The notes beneath the pieces are model-generated. The model had not been told where the DNA came from, did not search any database, and was given only the letters and a program-made list of their open reading frames with translations. From an uncultured Candidatus Rokubacteria bacterium (GTDB lineage: Bacteria > Methylomirabilota > Methylomirabilia > Rokubacteriales > CSP1-6), in NCBI GenBank assembly GCA_963762145.1, contig CAVXJS010000014.1:576001-640000 (forward strand): a stretch of 64,000 bases of DNA, given 5' to 3'. Below are positions 10,199 to 20,110 of this stretch, one piece after another. Every line of letters begins with the position of its first letter. Position 1 is the first letter of the stretch. A program made the translations under genes and the position numbers.

Positions 10199-11494
10199 AT
10201 GGCGGAGACACCAGCCCCCGTCCGCCCCGTCGAGCCGCTCACGCGGCCGTTCGACGGGGTGGTGGCGCTACCGGGCTCGAAGAGCTACAGCAATCGCGCG
10301 CTCCTGGTCGCGGCCCTGGCGCGCGGGCGCTCGGAGATCGCCCAGGCCCTCTGGTCCGACGACACGCGCTACATGCACCGGGCGCTCGAGGCGCTCGGGG
10401 TGCGGGTGACGGGCGACGAGGCGTCCCGCACCTTCGTGGTCGAGGGCGTGGACGGCCGCTTCCCCGCCGCGGAGGCCACGCTCGACATCGGCAACGCGGG
10501 CACCGCGGCGCGCTTCCTGACCGCCGCCGTCGCCCTGGGGCAGGGGACCTTCGTGGTGGACGGCTCCCCCGCCATGCGCAAGCGCCCGATCCAGCCGCTC
10601 CTCGACGGCCTCCGCGCCCTCGGGGTGGACGCGGAGAGCCGCGAGGGGACCGGGTGCCCGCCGGTGGTGGTGCGCGCCGCGGGCATCGCGGGCGGCCACG
10701 CCCGCATGCGGGGCGACATCTCGAGCCAGTACTTCAGCGCGCTCCTGCTCGCCGCGCCCTACGCGCGCCACGACGTGGAGATCGAGGTGGAGGGCGAGCT
10801 GGTCTCGGCGCCCTACGTCACGATGACGCTGTCCACCATGGAGGCCTTCGGGGTGCGGGCCGTGCGGGAAGGCGACCGGCGCTTCCGCGTCCCGGCCGGG
10901 CAGCGCTACCAGGGCCGCGTGTACGCGGTGGAGCCCGACGCCTCGGCGGCCTCGTACTTCTTCGCGGCCGCGGCGGTGACGGGCAGCCGCGTGGTGGTGC
11001 CCCGGCTCGGCACCGACTCCGCGCAGGGCGACCTCGGCCTGGTGGACGTGCTCGCGCGGATGGGCTGCGAGGTCACGGTGGCGCTCGACACCGTCACGGT
11101 GCGGGGCCCCGCGCAGCTGCGCGCGGTCGACGCCGACTTCACCCGGATGGGCGACGTGGCGACCACCCTGATGGCCATCGCGCCCTTCGCGGACGGGCCG
11201 GTGACGGTGCGCGGGATCGCCCAGACCCACTTCGAGGAGAGCGACCGGCCGGTCGCCGCCGCCACCGAGCTGCGGCGCATGGGGATCCAGGTCGAGAGCG
11301 AGTGGGATTCGGTCACCATCCATCCCGGCACGCCCCGGCCCGCCGACGTGCAGACCTACGACGACCACCGCATCGCGATGAGCTTCGCGGTGACCGGCCT
11401 GCGCGCGCCGGGCATCCGCATCGTCAACCCGGCCTGCGTGTCCAAGACGTTCCCGGAGTACTTCGACGTGCTGCGCGGGCTGACCCACGGCTGA
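10199..11494 (+). CDS. aroA: 3-phosphoshikimate 1-carboxyvinyltransferase (EPSP synthase) family, with a divergent motif
   Basis: PGSKSYSNRAL, GNAGTAAR, SSQY, EPDAS, DDHRIAMSF and CVSKTFP motifs; the KE(T/S)DR motif reads EESDR. Confidence 0.85.
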   Translation: MAETPAPVRPVEPLTRPFDGVVALPGSKSYSNRALLVAALARGRSEIAQALWSDDTRYMHRALEALGVRVTGDEASRTFVVEGVDGRFPAAEATLDIGNAGTAARFLTAAVALGQGTFVVDGSPAMRKRPIQPLLDGLRALGVDAESREGTGCPPVVVRAAGIAGGHARMRGDISSQYFSALLLAAPYARHDVEIEVEGELVSAPYVTMTLSTMEAFGVRAVREGDRRFRVPAGQRYQGRVYAVEPDASAASYFFAAAAVTGSRVVVPRLGTDSAQGDLGLVDVLARMGCEVTVALDTVTVRGPAQLRAVDADFTRMGDVATTLMAIAPFADGPVTVRGIAQTHFEESDRPVAAATELRRMGIQVESEWDSVTIHPGTPRPADVQTYDDHRIAMSFAVTGLRAPGIRIVNPACVSKTFPEYFDVLRGLTHG

Positions 11495-11516
11495 TCACCC
11501 CAGAGAGGAGCGCGCC

Positions 11517-12065
11517 ATGCCACGCGTCACCCCCATCACCGGTAAAGCGGATGTTCCCGCCGCCCACCACGGCGTCGTGGACCAGGTCGTGAAGGTCTTC
11601 GGCGGCGTGCGCGGGCCGTTCAGCATGCTGCTGCACAGCCCGCCGCTCGCGGAGCGTCTGCTGCCCCTGGTCACGTTCTTCCGCGACGAGAGCTCGGTCG
11701 AGGGCAAGCTCCGCTCGGTGGCCATCCTGGCCGCGGTGCGGGAGCGCGAGGCGGCCTACGTCTGGTCGGCCCAGACCGCGCAGGCGCGGCGCAACGGGGT
11801 GAGCGAGGCGACCATCGACGTGCTGCGCGCCCGGGGCGACGCGGCCGCCCTCCCCGCCGACGAGCGCGACATCGTGGTCTACGTCCGGCAGCTCATGCGC
11901 ACCAACAAGGTGGAGCAGGCGGCCTTCGACGCGCTGGCGCGGCGGCACGACCCCCGGTGGATGGTGGAGATGACGGCGGCCGCGAGCTACTTCGCGATGC
12001 TGTGCGGAGTGGTCAACGCCTTCGAGGTGGCGGCCCCGCCCGACGGCGACAAGCTCCCGGCCTGA
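11517..12065 (+). CDS. Carboxymuconolactone decarboxylase-family protein (no CxxC)
   Basis: GPFSMLLHSP...LRSVAILAAVRE...YVWSAQ...ARRNGVSEA pattern; AGGAG RBS. Confidence 0.8.
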   Translation: MPRVTPITGKADVPAAHHGVVDQVVKVFGGVRGPFSMLLHSPPLAERLLPLVTFFRDESSVEGKLRSVAILAAVREREAAYVWSAQTAQARRNGVSEATIDVLRARGDAAALPADERDIVVYVRQLMRTNKVEQAAFDALARRHDPRWMVEMTAAASYFAMLCGVVNAFEVAAPPDGDKLPA

Positions 12066-12079
12066 CCGGGGCCGGACCC

Positions 12080-13144
12080 GTGGATCGCCTGCGGCTGGCC
12101 ATCGTCGGATGCGGCAACATCTCGCGGCTCAACGCGCCCGGCTATCTCCAGCACCCGCGCTGCGATGTGGTGGCGCTCTGCGACCCGGTGCCCGACCGGG
12201 CGAAGCGGCGGGCCGGCGAGTGGGGGATCACGCCGCGGCTGTACACCGACTTCGCGCAGGCGCTGGAAGACCCCGCGGTGGACGCGGTCGAGCTGCTCAC
12301 CCCCACCTGGATGCACGCGGACCAGATCGTGGCCGCGCTCGGCGCGGGCAAGCACGTGTCGTGTCAGAAGCCCCTCGCGATCACGGTGGCGGAGGCGGAC
12401 CGGATCGTGGCGGCGGTGGCCCGGGCGCGCACCACGTTTCGCGTCACCGAGAACTTCCTCTACTACCCGCCCATCGTGAAGGCCAAGGCGCTGCTCGACG
12501 CGGGCGCGATCGGCGAGCCGTCGCTCGTGCGGATCCACACCACGCGCGCCCAGCGCGTCGAGGGGATCACGCTCGACATGGAGCCGGACGCGATGGTCTG
12601 GCGCCGGGACCCCTCGCGCAATCCGGGGGGTGTCCTGTTCGACGACGGCGTGCACAAGTACGGCACCGCGGCCTACTGGATCGGCGAGATCGGCGAGGTC
12701 TCGGCGATCGTCACGCGCGGGGCTGACTTCATCCTGGAGACGCCGAGCGTGGCCACGTGGCGCTTCAAGGACCGCGACTGCCTCGGGATCATGGACTACA
12801 CCCACGCGCCCGAGATGGTCATCCGGGGCCGCTACGTCCGGGTGGACGAGTTCTTCGAGATCCACGGCAGCCGCGGCATCATCTGGGTGACCCGCTGCAG
12901 CGGCGAGATGCTCGACCTGCCGCCGGTGCAGGTGATCCGCGGCACCGAGACCGTGAGCTACCAGGTGCCGATGGACTGGCGGCTCGGCTTCGACGGGGCG
13001 GCGGCGGACTTCGTGGACGGCGTGCTCGACGGACGCCAGCCGGCCCAGGACGTGCGGGCCGCCCGGCACATGCTGCAGGTGTCGCTCGCGATCTACGAGT
13101 CCGGGCGCACCGGCCACACCGTGCGCCCGGACTCCATCGTCTAG
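12080..13144 (+). CDS. Gfo/Idh/MocA-family oxidoreductase
   Basis: AIVGCGNIS, AGKHVSCQKP and GGVLFDDGVH motifs. Confidence 0.88.
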   Translation: MDRLRLAIVGCGNISRLNAPGYLQHPRCDVVALCDPVPDRAKRRAGEWGITPRLYTDFAQALEDPAVDAVELLTPTWMHADQIVAALGAGKHVSCQKPLAITVAEADRIVAAVARARTTFRVTENFLYYPPIVKAKALLDAGAIGEPSLVRIHTTRAQRVEGITLDMEPDAMVWRRDPSRNPGGVLFDDGVHKYGTAAYWIGEIGEVSAIVTRGADFILETPSVATWRFKDRDCLGIMDYTHAPEMVIRGRYVRVDEFFEIHGSRGIIWVTRCSGEMLDLPPVQVIRGTETVSYQVPMDWRLGFDGAAADFVDGVLDGRQPAQDVRAARHMLQVSLAIYESGRTGHTVRPDSIV

Positions 13145-13145
13145 C

Positions 13146-14450
13146 TCAGGCGGACGGCAGGGCCTCGTAGATCGCGCTCTCGAACTGTCCGTAGAGCCTG
13201 AGCGCGCGCTGATCGGCGAACGGCAGGATCTGGGTCATGATCAGCCCGGTGAGGCGCTTGGCGGGGTCGAGCCAGTAGTAGGTGTTGAAGATCCCGCCCC
13301 AGCTCACGGTGCCGGCGCTGCGGCCGTTCGGCCCGGGCTGGAGATTGAGCATGTAGCCGAGGCCCCAGCGGATCTGGGCCCCGGGGAAGAGATCCACGTC
13401 GTTGGACAGGCCCGGGTTCTGCGTCTTCATGATGCCGGCCGGGATGCTGCCGGTGTGGTTCTGCTGCATCAGCGCGATCGTCTCCGGCCGCAGGATGCGC
13501 GCGCCCTTCCAGGTCCCTCCGTGCAGCATCATCTGGAGGAACTCGATGTAGTCGCGGCCCGTCGAGTAGAGCGGGCCGCCGCCCGACCAGAACTCGCCCG
13601 CCACCGGCACCGCCTCGAGCGGCTGCGGCGCGAGGCTCCCGTCGGCCTGGCGCAGGTGGAGCCGGGCCTGGCGCGCGCGCTGCTCGGCCGAGGGCACGTA
13701 GCCGCTGTCCTTCATGCCGAGTGGCGCGAAGATCTTGTCCCGGAAGTAGGCGTCGAGCGGCTGGCCGCTGGTCGCCTCGACGAGCCGGCCGACCCAGTCG
13801 GTGTTGACGCCGTACTCCCAGCGCTCGCCCGGATCGAAGATCAGCGGCGTGCGGATCGACGCTACCTTGGCGGTCGCCCGCGCGGGCATGCCCGACGACT
13901 TGATGTAGCGCCCGGTGCTCGCGTCCCAGATGTCGTAGCTGAATCCGGCGGTGTGGGTGAGCAGGTGGCGCAGGGTGATCGGCCGCTTCGCGGGGCGGAG
14001 CTTCGGCGCGCCCGCGGCGTCGAAGCCCTCGAGCACCTGGGGCGAGCCCAGCGCGGGGTCGACGTTCGGCACCGGGTCCTCCAGCTTGAGCTTGCCCTGC
14101 TCGACGAGCTGCATCGCCGCGACCGAGGTGATCACCTTGGTCATGGACGCGATGCGGAAGACGGTATCCATCGTCATGGCGACCGCGCCCGGCTCCAGCA
14201 CGCGCGGGCCGAAGGCGCCCTCGTAGAGCACGCCCTTGTCGGTGGCCGCCATCGCGACGACTCCGGGCACTTCCTTGGCGTCGGCGGCCTGGCGGAGCAC
14301 GCCGTCGATGCGCGCGCGGGCCGGACCGGTGCTTCCTTGAGCGTGAGCGGGGCGGGACATCGTGGCGTCCCCCGCGCCGACGGTTACCGCGGCGGCAAGG
14401 GCGGCGGCTCCTTTCAGCAGGTCGCGGCGGGTGTGGGAACCTGGCGTCAT
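13146..14450 (-). CDS. Tat-exported serine hydrolase (beta-lactamase/esterase family)
   Basis: TRRDLLK Tat signal; FRIASMTK (SxxK), LLTHTAG, WEYG and WGG motifs. Confidence 0.88.
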   Translation of the reverse strand: MTPGSHTRRDLLKGAAALAAAVTVGAGDATMSRPAHAQGSTGPARARIDGVLRQAADAKEVPGVVAMAATDKGVLYEGAFGPRVLEPGAVAMTMDTVFRIASMTKVITSVAAMQLVEQGKLKLEDPVPNVDPALGSPQVLEGFDAAGAPKLRPAKRPITLRHLLTHTAGFSYDIWDASTGRYIKSSGMPARATAKVASIRTPLIFDPGERWEYGVNTDWVGRLVEATSGQPLDAYFRDKIFAPLGMKDSGYVPSAEQRARQARLHLRQADGSLAPQPLEAVPVAGEFWSGGGPLYSTGRDYIEFLQMMLHGGTWKGARILRPETIALMQQNHTGSIPAGIMKTQNPGLSNDVDLFPGAQIRWGLGYMLNLQPGPNGRSAGTVSWGGIFNTYYWLDPAKRLTGLIMTQILPFADQRALRLYGQFESAIYEALPSA

Positions 14451-14479
14451 TGCTCTCTCCTCTTCCGGGTCCGGACGGT

Positions 14480-15271
14480 TCAGAGCACGGAGCGCACGAG
14501 ACCTCCGTCCACCAGGATGGTGGTCCCGGTGATGTAGCTGGACTTGCCCGAGGCGAGGAACGCCACCAGGTTGGCCAGCTCGCGCGGCTCTCCGACGCGC
14601 CCCACCGCGGTCTCGGCCGCGCGCTGAGCCAGCGCCTCTTCCAGCGTGATGCCGAGCTGCTTGGCCCGGGCCGCCACGTTCGACTGCATCCGCTCGCTCA
14701 TGATCGAGCCGGGGCACACGTTGTTGACCAGGATGCCGTCGCGCCCGACCTCGTCGGCCAGGGTCTTGGCGAAGGCGACCACGCCCATGCGGGTGACGCC
14801 GGAGAGCACGAGGTTGGGGATCGGCTGGTAGACGGTGCTGGCCAGGATGTTGATGATCCGGCCCGCGCCGGCGGCCTTGAGATGCGGCAGCGCGTCACGG
14901 CACATGCGGGCGAAGAAGAAGAGCGACCGCTCCACCGCGGTGGCCCACTGCTCCTCGCTGGCGGACTGGGCCTGGGCCAGCGGCGGCCCGCCCGAGTTGT
15001 TGACCAGGACGTCGATCCGGCCGAATCGCTCCACGGTGGCGGCCACGAGGGCGCGGATCGTCTCGGGTCGGTCCAGGTCGCCCGCGAACGCGAGCACGTC
15101 GCGGCCGGTCGCGCTCCGGATGTCCTTCGCGGCCTTCTCCAGATCGTCCCGCGAGCGACTGCAGATCGCGACGCGGCAGCCTTCCTCCGCCAGCACCTCG
15201 GCGCAGGCCCGCCCGAGGCCTTTGCTGGCGCCGCCGACGATCGCCACCTTGTCCGTGAGCTCGAGATCCAT
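14480..15271 (-). CDS. SDR-family oxidoreductase
   Basis: GGASKGLG, VNNSGGP and YITGTTILVDGG motifs. Confidence 0.9.
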   Translation of the reverse strand: MDLELTDKVAIVGGASKGLGRACAEVLAEEGCRVAICSRSRDDLEKAAKDIRSATGRDVLAFAGDLDRPETIRALVAATVERFGRIDVLVNNSGGPPLAQAQSASEEQWATAVERSLFFFARMCRDALPHLKAAGAGRIINILASTVYQPIPNLVLSGVTRMGVVAFAKTLADEVGRDGILVNNVCPGSIMSERMQSNVAARAKQLGITLEEALAQRAAETAVGRVGEPRELANLVAFLASGKSSYITGTTILVDGGLVRSVL

Positions 15272-15343
15272 GGCGCGTGTTATACCACCAAAGCCTGTGA
15301 TACGCTTCAGCGCCGGACATTCTTTTACCGACGAGGTGTGACG

Positions 15344-16111
15344 ATGCGGCCGAACAAGATCAAGCAGATGTGGCGCGAGAACAAGTGCGTGACCATGGGC
15401 TGGCTCTCGGTGTCCAACGGGTTCACCGCCGAGGTCATGGCCCGCCAGGGCTTCGACGCCCTCGTCATCGACATGCAGCACGGGCTCACCGACATGGCCA
15501 ATCTCTGGCCCATGCTCCAGGCGGTCTCGCAGACCGACACGGTGCCGGTGGTGCGGGTGGCCTCGAACGACCAGGCCACGATCATGAAGGCGCTCGACTT
15601 CGGCGCCTACGGCATCCTGGTGCCGCTGATCAATACCGCCGAGGACGCCGCGAAGGCGGTGGCGGCATGCCGCTATCCCCCGGCCGGCGTGCGCTCCTCG
15701 GGGCCGGTCCGCGCGGTGCACTACGGCGGCGCCGACTACGTCTCCAAGGCCAACGACGAGATCGTGGTCATGGCGATGATCGAGACCAAGGAGGGCCTGG
15801 CCAACCTGGACGCGATCTGCGCCACCCCGGGCCTCGACTGCATCTACATCGGCCCCGCCGATCTCTCGTTCGCCCTCGGCCTCGCGCCGCGGGGCGACAA
15901 CCCGGACCCGCTGCACATCGCGACCTGCGACCGCATCCGGGACGCGGCTCACAAGCACGGCAAGAAGGCGGCGATGCACTGCGCGAGCGCCGCCTTCGCG
16001 GCCGGCTCGGTGAAGCGTGGCTTCGACCTCGTGATGCTCTGCTCCGACCTGGCGTCGATGGTCGCGGGCGTGCGCAAGCAGCTCGACGATCTGAAGGCGG
16101 CGACTGCATAG
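15344..16111 (+). CDS. HpcH/HpaI aldolase family protein
   Basis: IDMQHG, KALDFGAYGILVP, CRYPP, MIETKEG and IGPADLS motifs. Confidence 0.9.
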   Translation: MRPNKIKQMWRENKCVTMGWLSVSNGFTAEVMARQGFDALVIDMQHGLTDMANLWPMLQAVSQTDTVPVVRVASNDQATIMKALDFGAYGILVPLINTAEDAAKAVAACRYPPAGVRSSGPVRAVHYGGADYVSKANDEIVVMAMIETKEGLANLDAICATPGLDCIYIGPADLSFALGLAPRGDNPDPLHIATCDRIRDAAHKHGKKAAMHCASAAFAAGSVKRGFDLVMLCSDLASMVAGVRKQLDDLKAATA

Positions 16112-16154
16112 CGGACTCGGCCGTGACCCGAAGTGACCCCTGAGAGGCGAGTCC

Positions 16155-17186
16155 ATGCTCCACACCCTGCGCGCCACACCCGAGACCTGCTTCTGGGGTT
16201 TCTTCGACGCGGCGCTGCCGCCCGTGCTGCGGGTGCGATCGGGCGACCTGGTCCGGATCGAGACGCTGACGCATCAGGCCGGGGACGCGCCAGACCTCAT
16301 GATGGACGCGGGGGTGAAGGCGGTGTACGACGCCATCCCGATCGCCACGCGCGGGCCCGGCGTGCACGTGATGACCGGCCCCATCCACGTGGAGGGCGCC
16401 GAGCCGGGCGACACGCTCGAGATCCGCGTGCTCTCGATGGAGCCGCGGCTCGCCTACGGCACCAACATCGCGGCGTGGTGGGGCCATCTCTACGACGACT
16501 TCGGCAAGGAGCGGATCACGATCTACCGGATCGACGCGGCGGCCGGGCTCGCGTGCGCCGCGTTCGCCTTCGACTACACGACGACGTCGCGTTACGAGCA
16601 GCCCGGCATCATCGTGCCGCCCGACGCGGGCGCCCGGCAGCCCGCGCTCGCGAACGTCGTGGTACCGCTGCGACCCCACTTCGGGGTGGGGGGCGTCGCC
16701 CCACGCGAGGCGGGGAAGCTGAACAGCATCCCGCCCGGCGAGTTCGGCGGCAACGTGGACAACTGGCGCTTCGGGCCGGGCGCGGCCATGTACTACCCGG
16801 TCTTCCGTCCCGGCGCGCTCTGCTACCTGGGCGACCCGCACATGGCTGAGGGCGACGCGGAGCTCTCCGGCACCGCGATCGAGGCCTCGGCCAACGCGGT
16901 CGTACAGATATCGGTGCGAAAGGACCTGAAGCTGACCACCCCGATGCTCGAGACGCCGACCCACTGGATCGCCCACGGCTTCGACGAGGACCTCGACCGC
17001 GCGATGAAGGCCGCCGCGCGGGCCCTGCTCGCGTTCCTGGTCGAGCAGCGCGGGCTGAGCCGCGACGACGCCTACTCGCTGATCTCGGTGGCGGGCGACT
17101 TCGGCGTGACCCAGGTGGTGGACCAGCGCCAGGGCGTGCACGGCATGATCGCGAAGAACCTGTTCGTGCCGACCGCGAAGGGCTGA
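16155..17186 (+). CDS. Acetamidase/formamidase family protein
   Basis: HVMTGPIHVEGAEPGD, GGNVD and GDPHMAEGDAELSGTAIE motifs. Confidence 0.9.
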   Translation: MLHTLRATPETCFWGFFDAALPPVLRVRSGDLVRIETLTHQAGDAPDLMMDAGVKAVYDAIPIATRGPGVHVMTGPIHVEGAEPGDTLEIRVLSMEPRLAYGTNIAAWWGHLYDDFGKERITIYRIDAAAGLACAAFAFDYTTTSRYEQPGIIVPPDAGARQPALANVVVPLRPHFGVGGVAPREAGKLNSIPPGEFGGNVDNWRFGPGAAMYYPVFRPGALCYLGDPHMAEGDAELSGTAIEASANAVVQISVRKDLKLTTPMLETPTHWIAHGFDEDLDRAMKAAARALLAFLVEQRGLSRDDAYSLISVAGDFGVTQVVDQRQGVHGMIAKNLFVPTAKG

Positions 17187-17191
17187 GCTCC

Positions 17192-18565
17192 ATGGCCTAC
17201 GATCTGATCATTCGCGGGGGGCTCGTGGCCACCGCTACCGACGCGGTCGTGGCCGACCTCGGCATCCGCGGCGGGCGCATCGCCACGATCGACCAGGGCC
17301 TGCCGAGGAACGAGCCGGAGATCGACGCGCGCGGCCTCGTGGTGGCCCCGGGCGGGGTGGACGTGCACACACATCTGGACCTCGACCTGGGCGGCTCGCG
17401 GACCGCGGACGACTTCGAGTCGGGCACCGCGGCGGCGGCCTGCGGCGGGGTCACCACGATCTGCGACTACGCCTGGCAGACGAAGGGCAACACCCTGGCC
17501 GGCACGATCGAGACGTGGAAGGCGAAGGCCCACGGCCGGGCCCACGTGGACTACGGATTTCACGTGATCCTCTCCGAGGCCACCGACGCGATCCTGGGAG
17601 AGTTGCCCGCGCTGGTCGGCGCCGGCTTCCCGAGCGTCAAGGTCTTCACGATCCGGGAGTTCGGCCTGCCCGACGAGGCGCTGCTGCGCGTGATGCGGGC
17701 GGCCCGTACGACGGGCGCGATGCTCAACGTGCACTGCGAGAACACCGACGTGCTCGACCTCGCGCAGGCGGATCTGATCGCGGCCGGCCGCACCGACCCG
17801 CGGCACTACGCGGCCAGCCGGCCCGTGCTGGCCGAGGTTGAGGCCACGCGCCGGGTGATCGATTACGCGGAGCTGGTGGATGCCGAGGTCTACATCGTCC
17901 ACATGTCCTGCTCCGGTGCGGCCGAGGCCCTGCGCGCGGCGCGCCGCCGGGGCCTGCGGGTGTGGGGCGAGACGCGCCCGATCTACCTGGGCCTCACCGA
18001 CGAAGCCTACGCGAAGGGCGGGGTCGAGGCCGCGAAGGTCTGCGGCGCGCCGCCGCTCCGCACCGAGCCGGACCTGAACGCGCTCTGGGACGCGCTCCGG
18101 GCCGGCGACATCCAGACCATCGGCAGCGACAACACCTCCTGGACCGTGAAGCAGAAGGCCGAGGGGGCGGCCGACTTCCGCAAGATCCCTTACGGCGTCC
18201 CCGGGCTCGAGACCGAGATGCGCGTGGTCTACTCGGAGGGCGTGGCGAAGGGGCGCATCTCGCTCCAGACCTTCGTCTCCGCGTTCGCCACCACGCCCGC
18301 AAAGCTCTTCGGCCTCTACCCGCGGAAAGGCACGATCGCGGTGGGGAGCGACGCCGACCTGCTGCTGCTGGATCCCGCCGGGACGCAGACCATCGACGAG
18401 CGGGTCCTGCACTCGCGCGCCGGGTACGATCCGTTCCACGGTTTCGAGATCCGCGGCGTGCCGCGGATGACCATCTCGCGCGGGGAGGTCATCGCTCGCG
18501 ACGGGCAGCTCCTGAGCCGGGCGGGCCGGGGCCAGCTCGTGCTGCGGCAGCGCGCGCGGGGCTAG
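17192..18565 (+). CDS. hydA: Dihydropyrimidinase/D-hydantoinase
   Basis: PGGVDVHTH, GTAAAACGGVTT, VHCEN, PPLR and AKLFGLYPRKGTIAVGSDAD motifs. Confidence 0.85.
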   Translation: MAYDLIIRGGLVATATDAVVADLGIRGGRIATIDQGLPRNEPEIDARGLVVAPGGVDVHTHLDLDLGGSRTADDFESGTAAAACGGVTTICDYAWQTKGNTLAGTIETWKAKAHGRAHVDYGFHVILSEATDAILGELPALVGAGFPSVKVFTIREFGLPDEALLRVMRAARTTGAMLNVHCENTDVLDLAQADLIAAGRTDPRHYAASRPVLAEVEATRRVIDYAELVDAEVYIVHMSCSGAAEALRAARRRGLRVWGETRPIYLGLTDEAYAKGGVEAAKVCGAPPLRTEPDLNALWDALRAGDIQTIGSDNTSWTVKQKAEGAADFRKIPYGVPGLETEMRVVYSEGVAKGRISLQTFVSAFATTPAKLFGLYPRKGTIAVGSDADLLLLDPAGTQTIDERVLHSRAGYDPFHGFEIRGVPRMTISRGEVIARDGQLLSRAGRGQLVLRQRARG

Positions 18566-18577
18566 GCCCGGAGCCAC

Positions 18578-18704
18578 CCCCTCACCCTGCCCTCTCCCCC
18601 TCGCGGGGGAGAGGGTTGATCATCTCCCTCTCTCTCCCAGGCAGAGGGCCGGGTGAGGGTTCATGATCGCCCTCTCCCTGGGAGGGAGAGGGCAGGGTGA
18701 GGGT
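18578..18704. repeat. REP-like palindrome cluster, family B (CCCTCACCCTGCCCTCTCCC...GGGAGAGGG)
   Basis: Three CCCTCTC...GAGGG hairpin units with CCCTCACCC/GGGTGAGGG outer arms between convergent genes; recurs at 44188 and 60229. Confidence 0.85.
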
Positions 18705-18710
18705 GGGCGC

Positions 18711-19622
18711 TCAGCGTGACGGGGCCGGGTGGGTCTTGATCCAGTGCTGCGCGATGTCGACCCGCCGGGTGAACCACACGTCCTTGTGACTGCCGATGTA
18801 GTCGAGCGCGCGCTCGAGGCCGGCAGCCCGCGAGGGGTGACCGATCAGCCGCAGGTGCAGGCCCAGCGACATCATCTTGGGCTGGGTCTTGCCCTCGCGG
18901 TAGAGCACGTCGAAGCCGTCCTTCACGAACGTGAAGTAGTCGTCCGCGGTGAAGAAGCCGCCGCCGCCGAACTTGGAGTCGTTGGCGGTGAGGCTGTAGG
19001 GAACTACCAGATGTGGTTTCTCATTCACGCGGAGCCAGTAGGGCAGCTCGTCGTTGTAGGCGTCGGAGTCGTAGAGGAAGCCGCCCTCCTCGACCACCAG
19101 CCGCCGCGTGTTCACGCTGGGGCCGTAGCGGCAGTACCAGCCGAGCGGCCGCTCGCCCACCGTCTTCTTCATGGACTCGACCGCCATCCGGATGTGCTTG
19201 CGCTCCTCGTCCTCGCTGAGCTCGTAGTGCTTGACCCAGCGCCAGCCGTGCGAGCAGACGTCCCAGCCCGACTCGCGGATGGCCGCGGCCACCGCGGGGT
19301 TGCGCTCGAGCGCCAGCGCGCAGCCGAACACGGTGAGGGGCAGGCCGCGCTCCTTGAAGATGCGCTGCACGCGCCAGAATCCGACGCGGCTGCCGTACTC
19401 GAACATGCCCTCGGCGGCGAGGTCGCGGCCCTTCACGCCGTAGTTGGCGGCGCCCGATTCGGTCAGCGTGCCCTCGGAGAAGCCGTCGTCGGCCGCGTTG
19501 TACTCGGAGCCCTCCTCGTAGTTCATGACGAAGTTCACGGCGATCCGCGCCCCGCCCGGCCAGTGCGGGTGAGGGGGATTGCCGGCGTAGCCGACGAGGT
19601 CGCGCGGGGCGGCGGTGGTCAT
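18711..19622 (-). CDS. puuE: Allantoinase PuuE (polysaccharide deacetylase fold)
   Basis: PRDLVGY...WPGGARIAVNFVMNYEEGSE, FEYGSRVGFWR, HGWRW and PKMMSLGLH motifs. Confidence 0.9.
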   Translation of the reverse strand: MTTAAPRDLVGYAGNPPHPHWPGGARIAVNFVMNYEEGSEYNAADDGFSEGTLTESGAANYGVKGRDLAAEGMFEYGSRVGFWRVQRIFKERGLPLTVFGCALALERNPAVAAAIRESGWDVCSHGWRWVKHYELSEDEERKHIRMAVESMKKTVGERPLGWYCRYGPSVNTRRLVVEEGGFLYDSDAYNDELPYWLRVNEKPHLVVPYSLTANDSKFGGGGFFTADDYFTFVKDGFDVLYREGKTQPKMMSLGLHLRLIGHPSRAAGLERALDYIGSHKDVWFTRRVDIAQHWIKTHPAPSR

Positions 19623-20110
19623 CGTGCGGGCTCCTCGGGAAGGGCGATGGTGAGCGGCGTGGTGACCGGGACGAACTCCTCGTCGGCCTGGGTCCCGTCG
19701 CGCCACATGAAGACCGCGAACGAGGCCGGGCCGTCCAGCACCGTGACCGGGTGGTGCCACGTGCCCATGGCGTAGGTCACGCCCTGGCCGGCGCGGGCCA
19801 CGAAGGCGCGCAGCCGGGAGAGGTCGGGGCCGCCGCCGGGGGCGTCGAGGGTGGCCAGCACCAGGTAGCGCGAGACGCGCAGGGGGACGAAGGTCTGCGA
19901 GGAGTGCTCGTGGCGCTCCAGGACCTTGACCTCCATCGGGAACGTGGCCTTCGGCTCGACGGTGGCGACGGAGAGGCTGACCGGGGCGTGGGCGCGGCCG
20001 TTGGCGAGCGTGTCGCTCAGGTAGACGCGGCCCGGGACGGACGGACCCTCCAGCACGGCCCCGAAGGGCTTGAACGCTTCCGCGGTGAGTGGCTCGGCGA
20101 CGATGCGCAT
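19619..20110 (-). CDS. Ureidoglycolate lyase (AllA-like)
   Basis: AEPLTAEAFKPFG, LERHEHSSQTFVP and GQGVTYAMGTWHHP motifs; adjacent to puuE. Confidence 0.85.
   Translation of the reverse strand: MRIVAEPLTAEAFKPFGAVLEGPSVPGRVYLSDTLANGRAHAPVSLSVATVEPKATFPMEVKVLERHEHSSQTFVPLRVSRYLVLATLDAPGGGPDLSRLRAFVARAGQGVTYAMGTWHHPVTVLDGPASFAVFMWRDGTQADEEFVPVTTPLTIALPEEPAR

Noticed and set aside
11517-12065. A fourth recoded AhpD-like protein
   Set aside because: The ORF is full length with no internal TGA and no CxxC
13146-14450. Beta-lactamase resistance gene
   Set aside because: Motifs fit the broad family VIII esterase/serine hydrolase group; no evidence for beta-lactam hydrolysis
18578-18704. Possible CRISPR array in the repeat clusters (also 44188-44305 and 32378-32488)
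   Set aside because: Repeats are inverted or degenerate, the intervening sequences are short and irregular, and there are no cas genes
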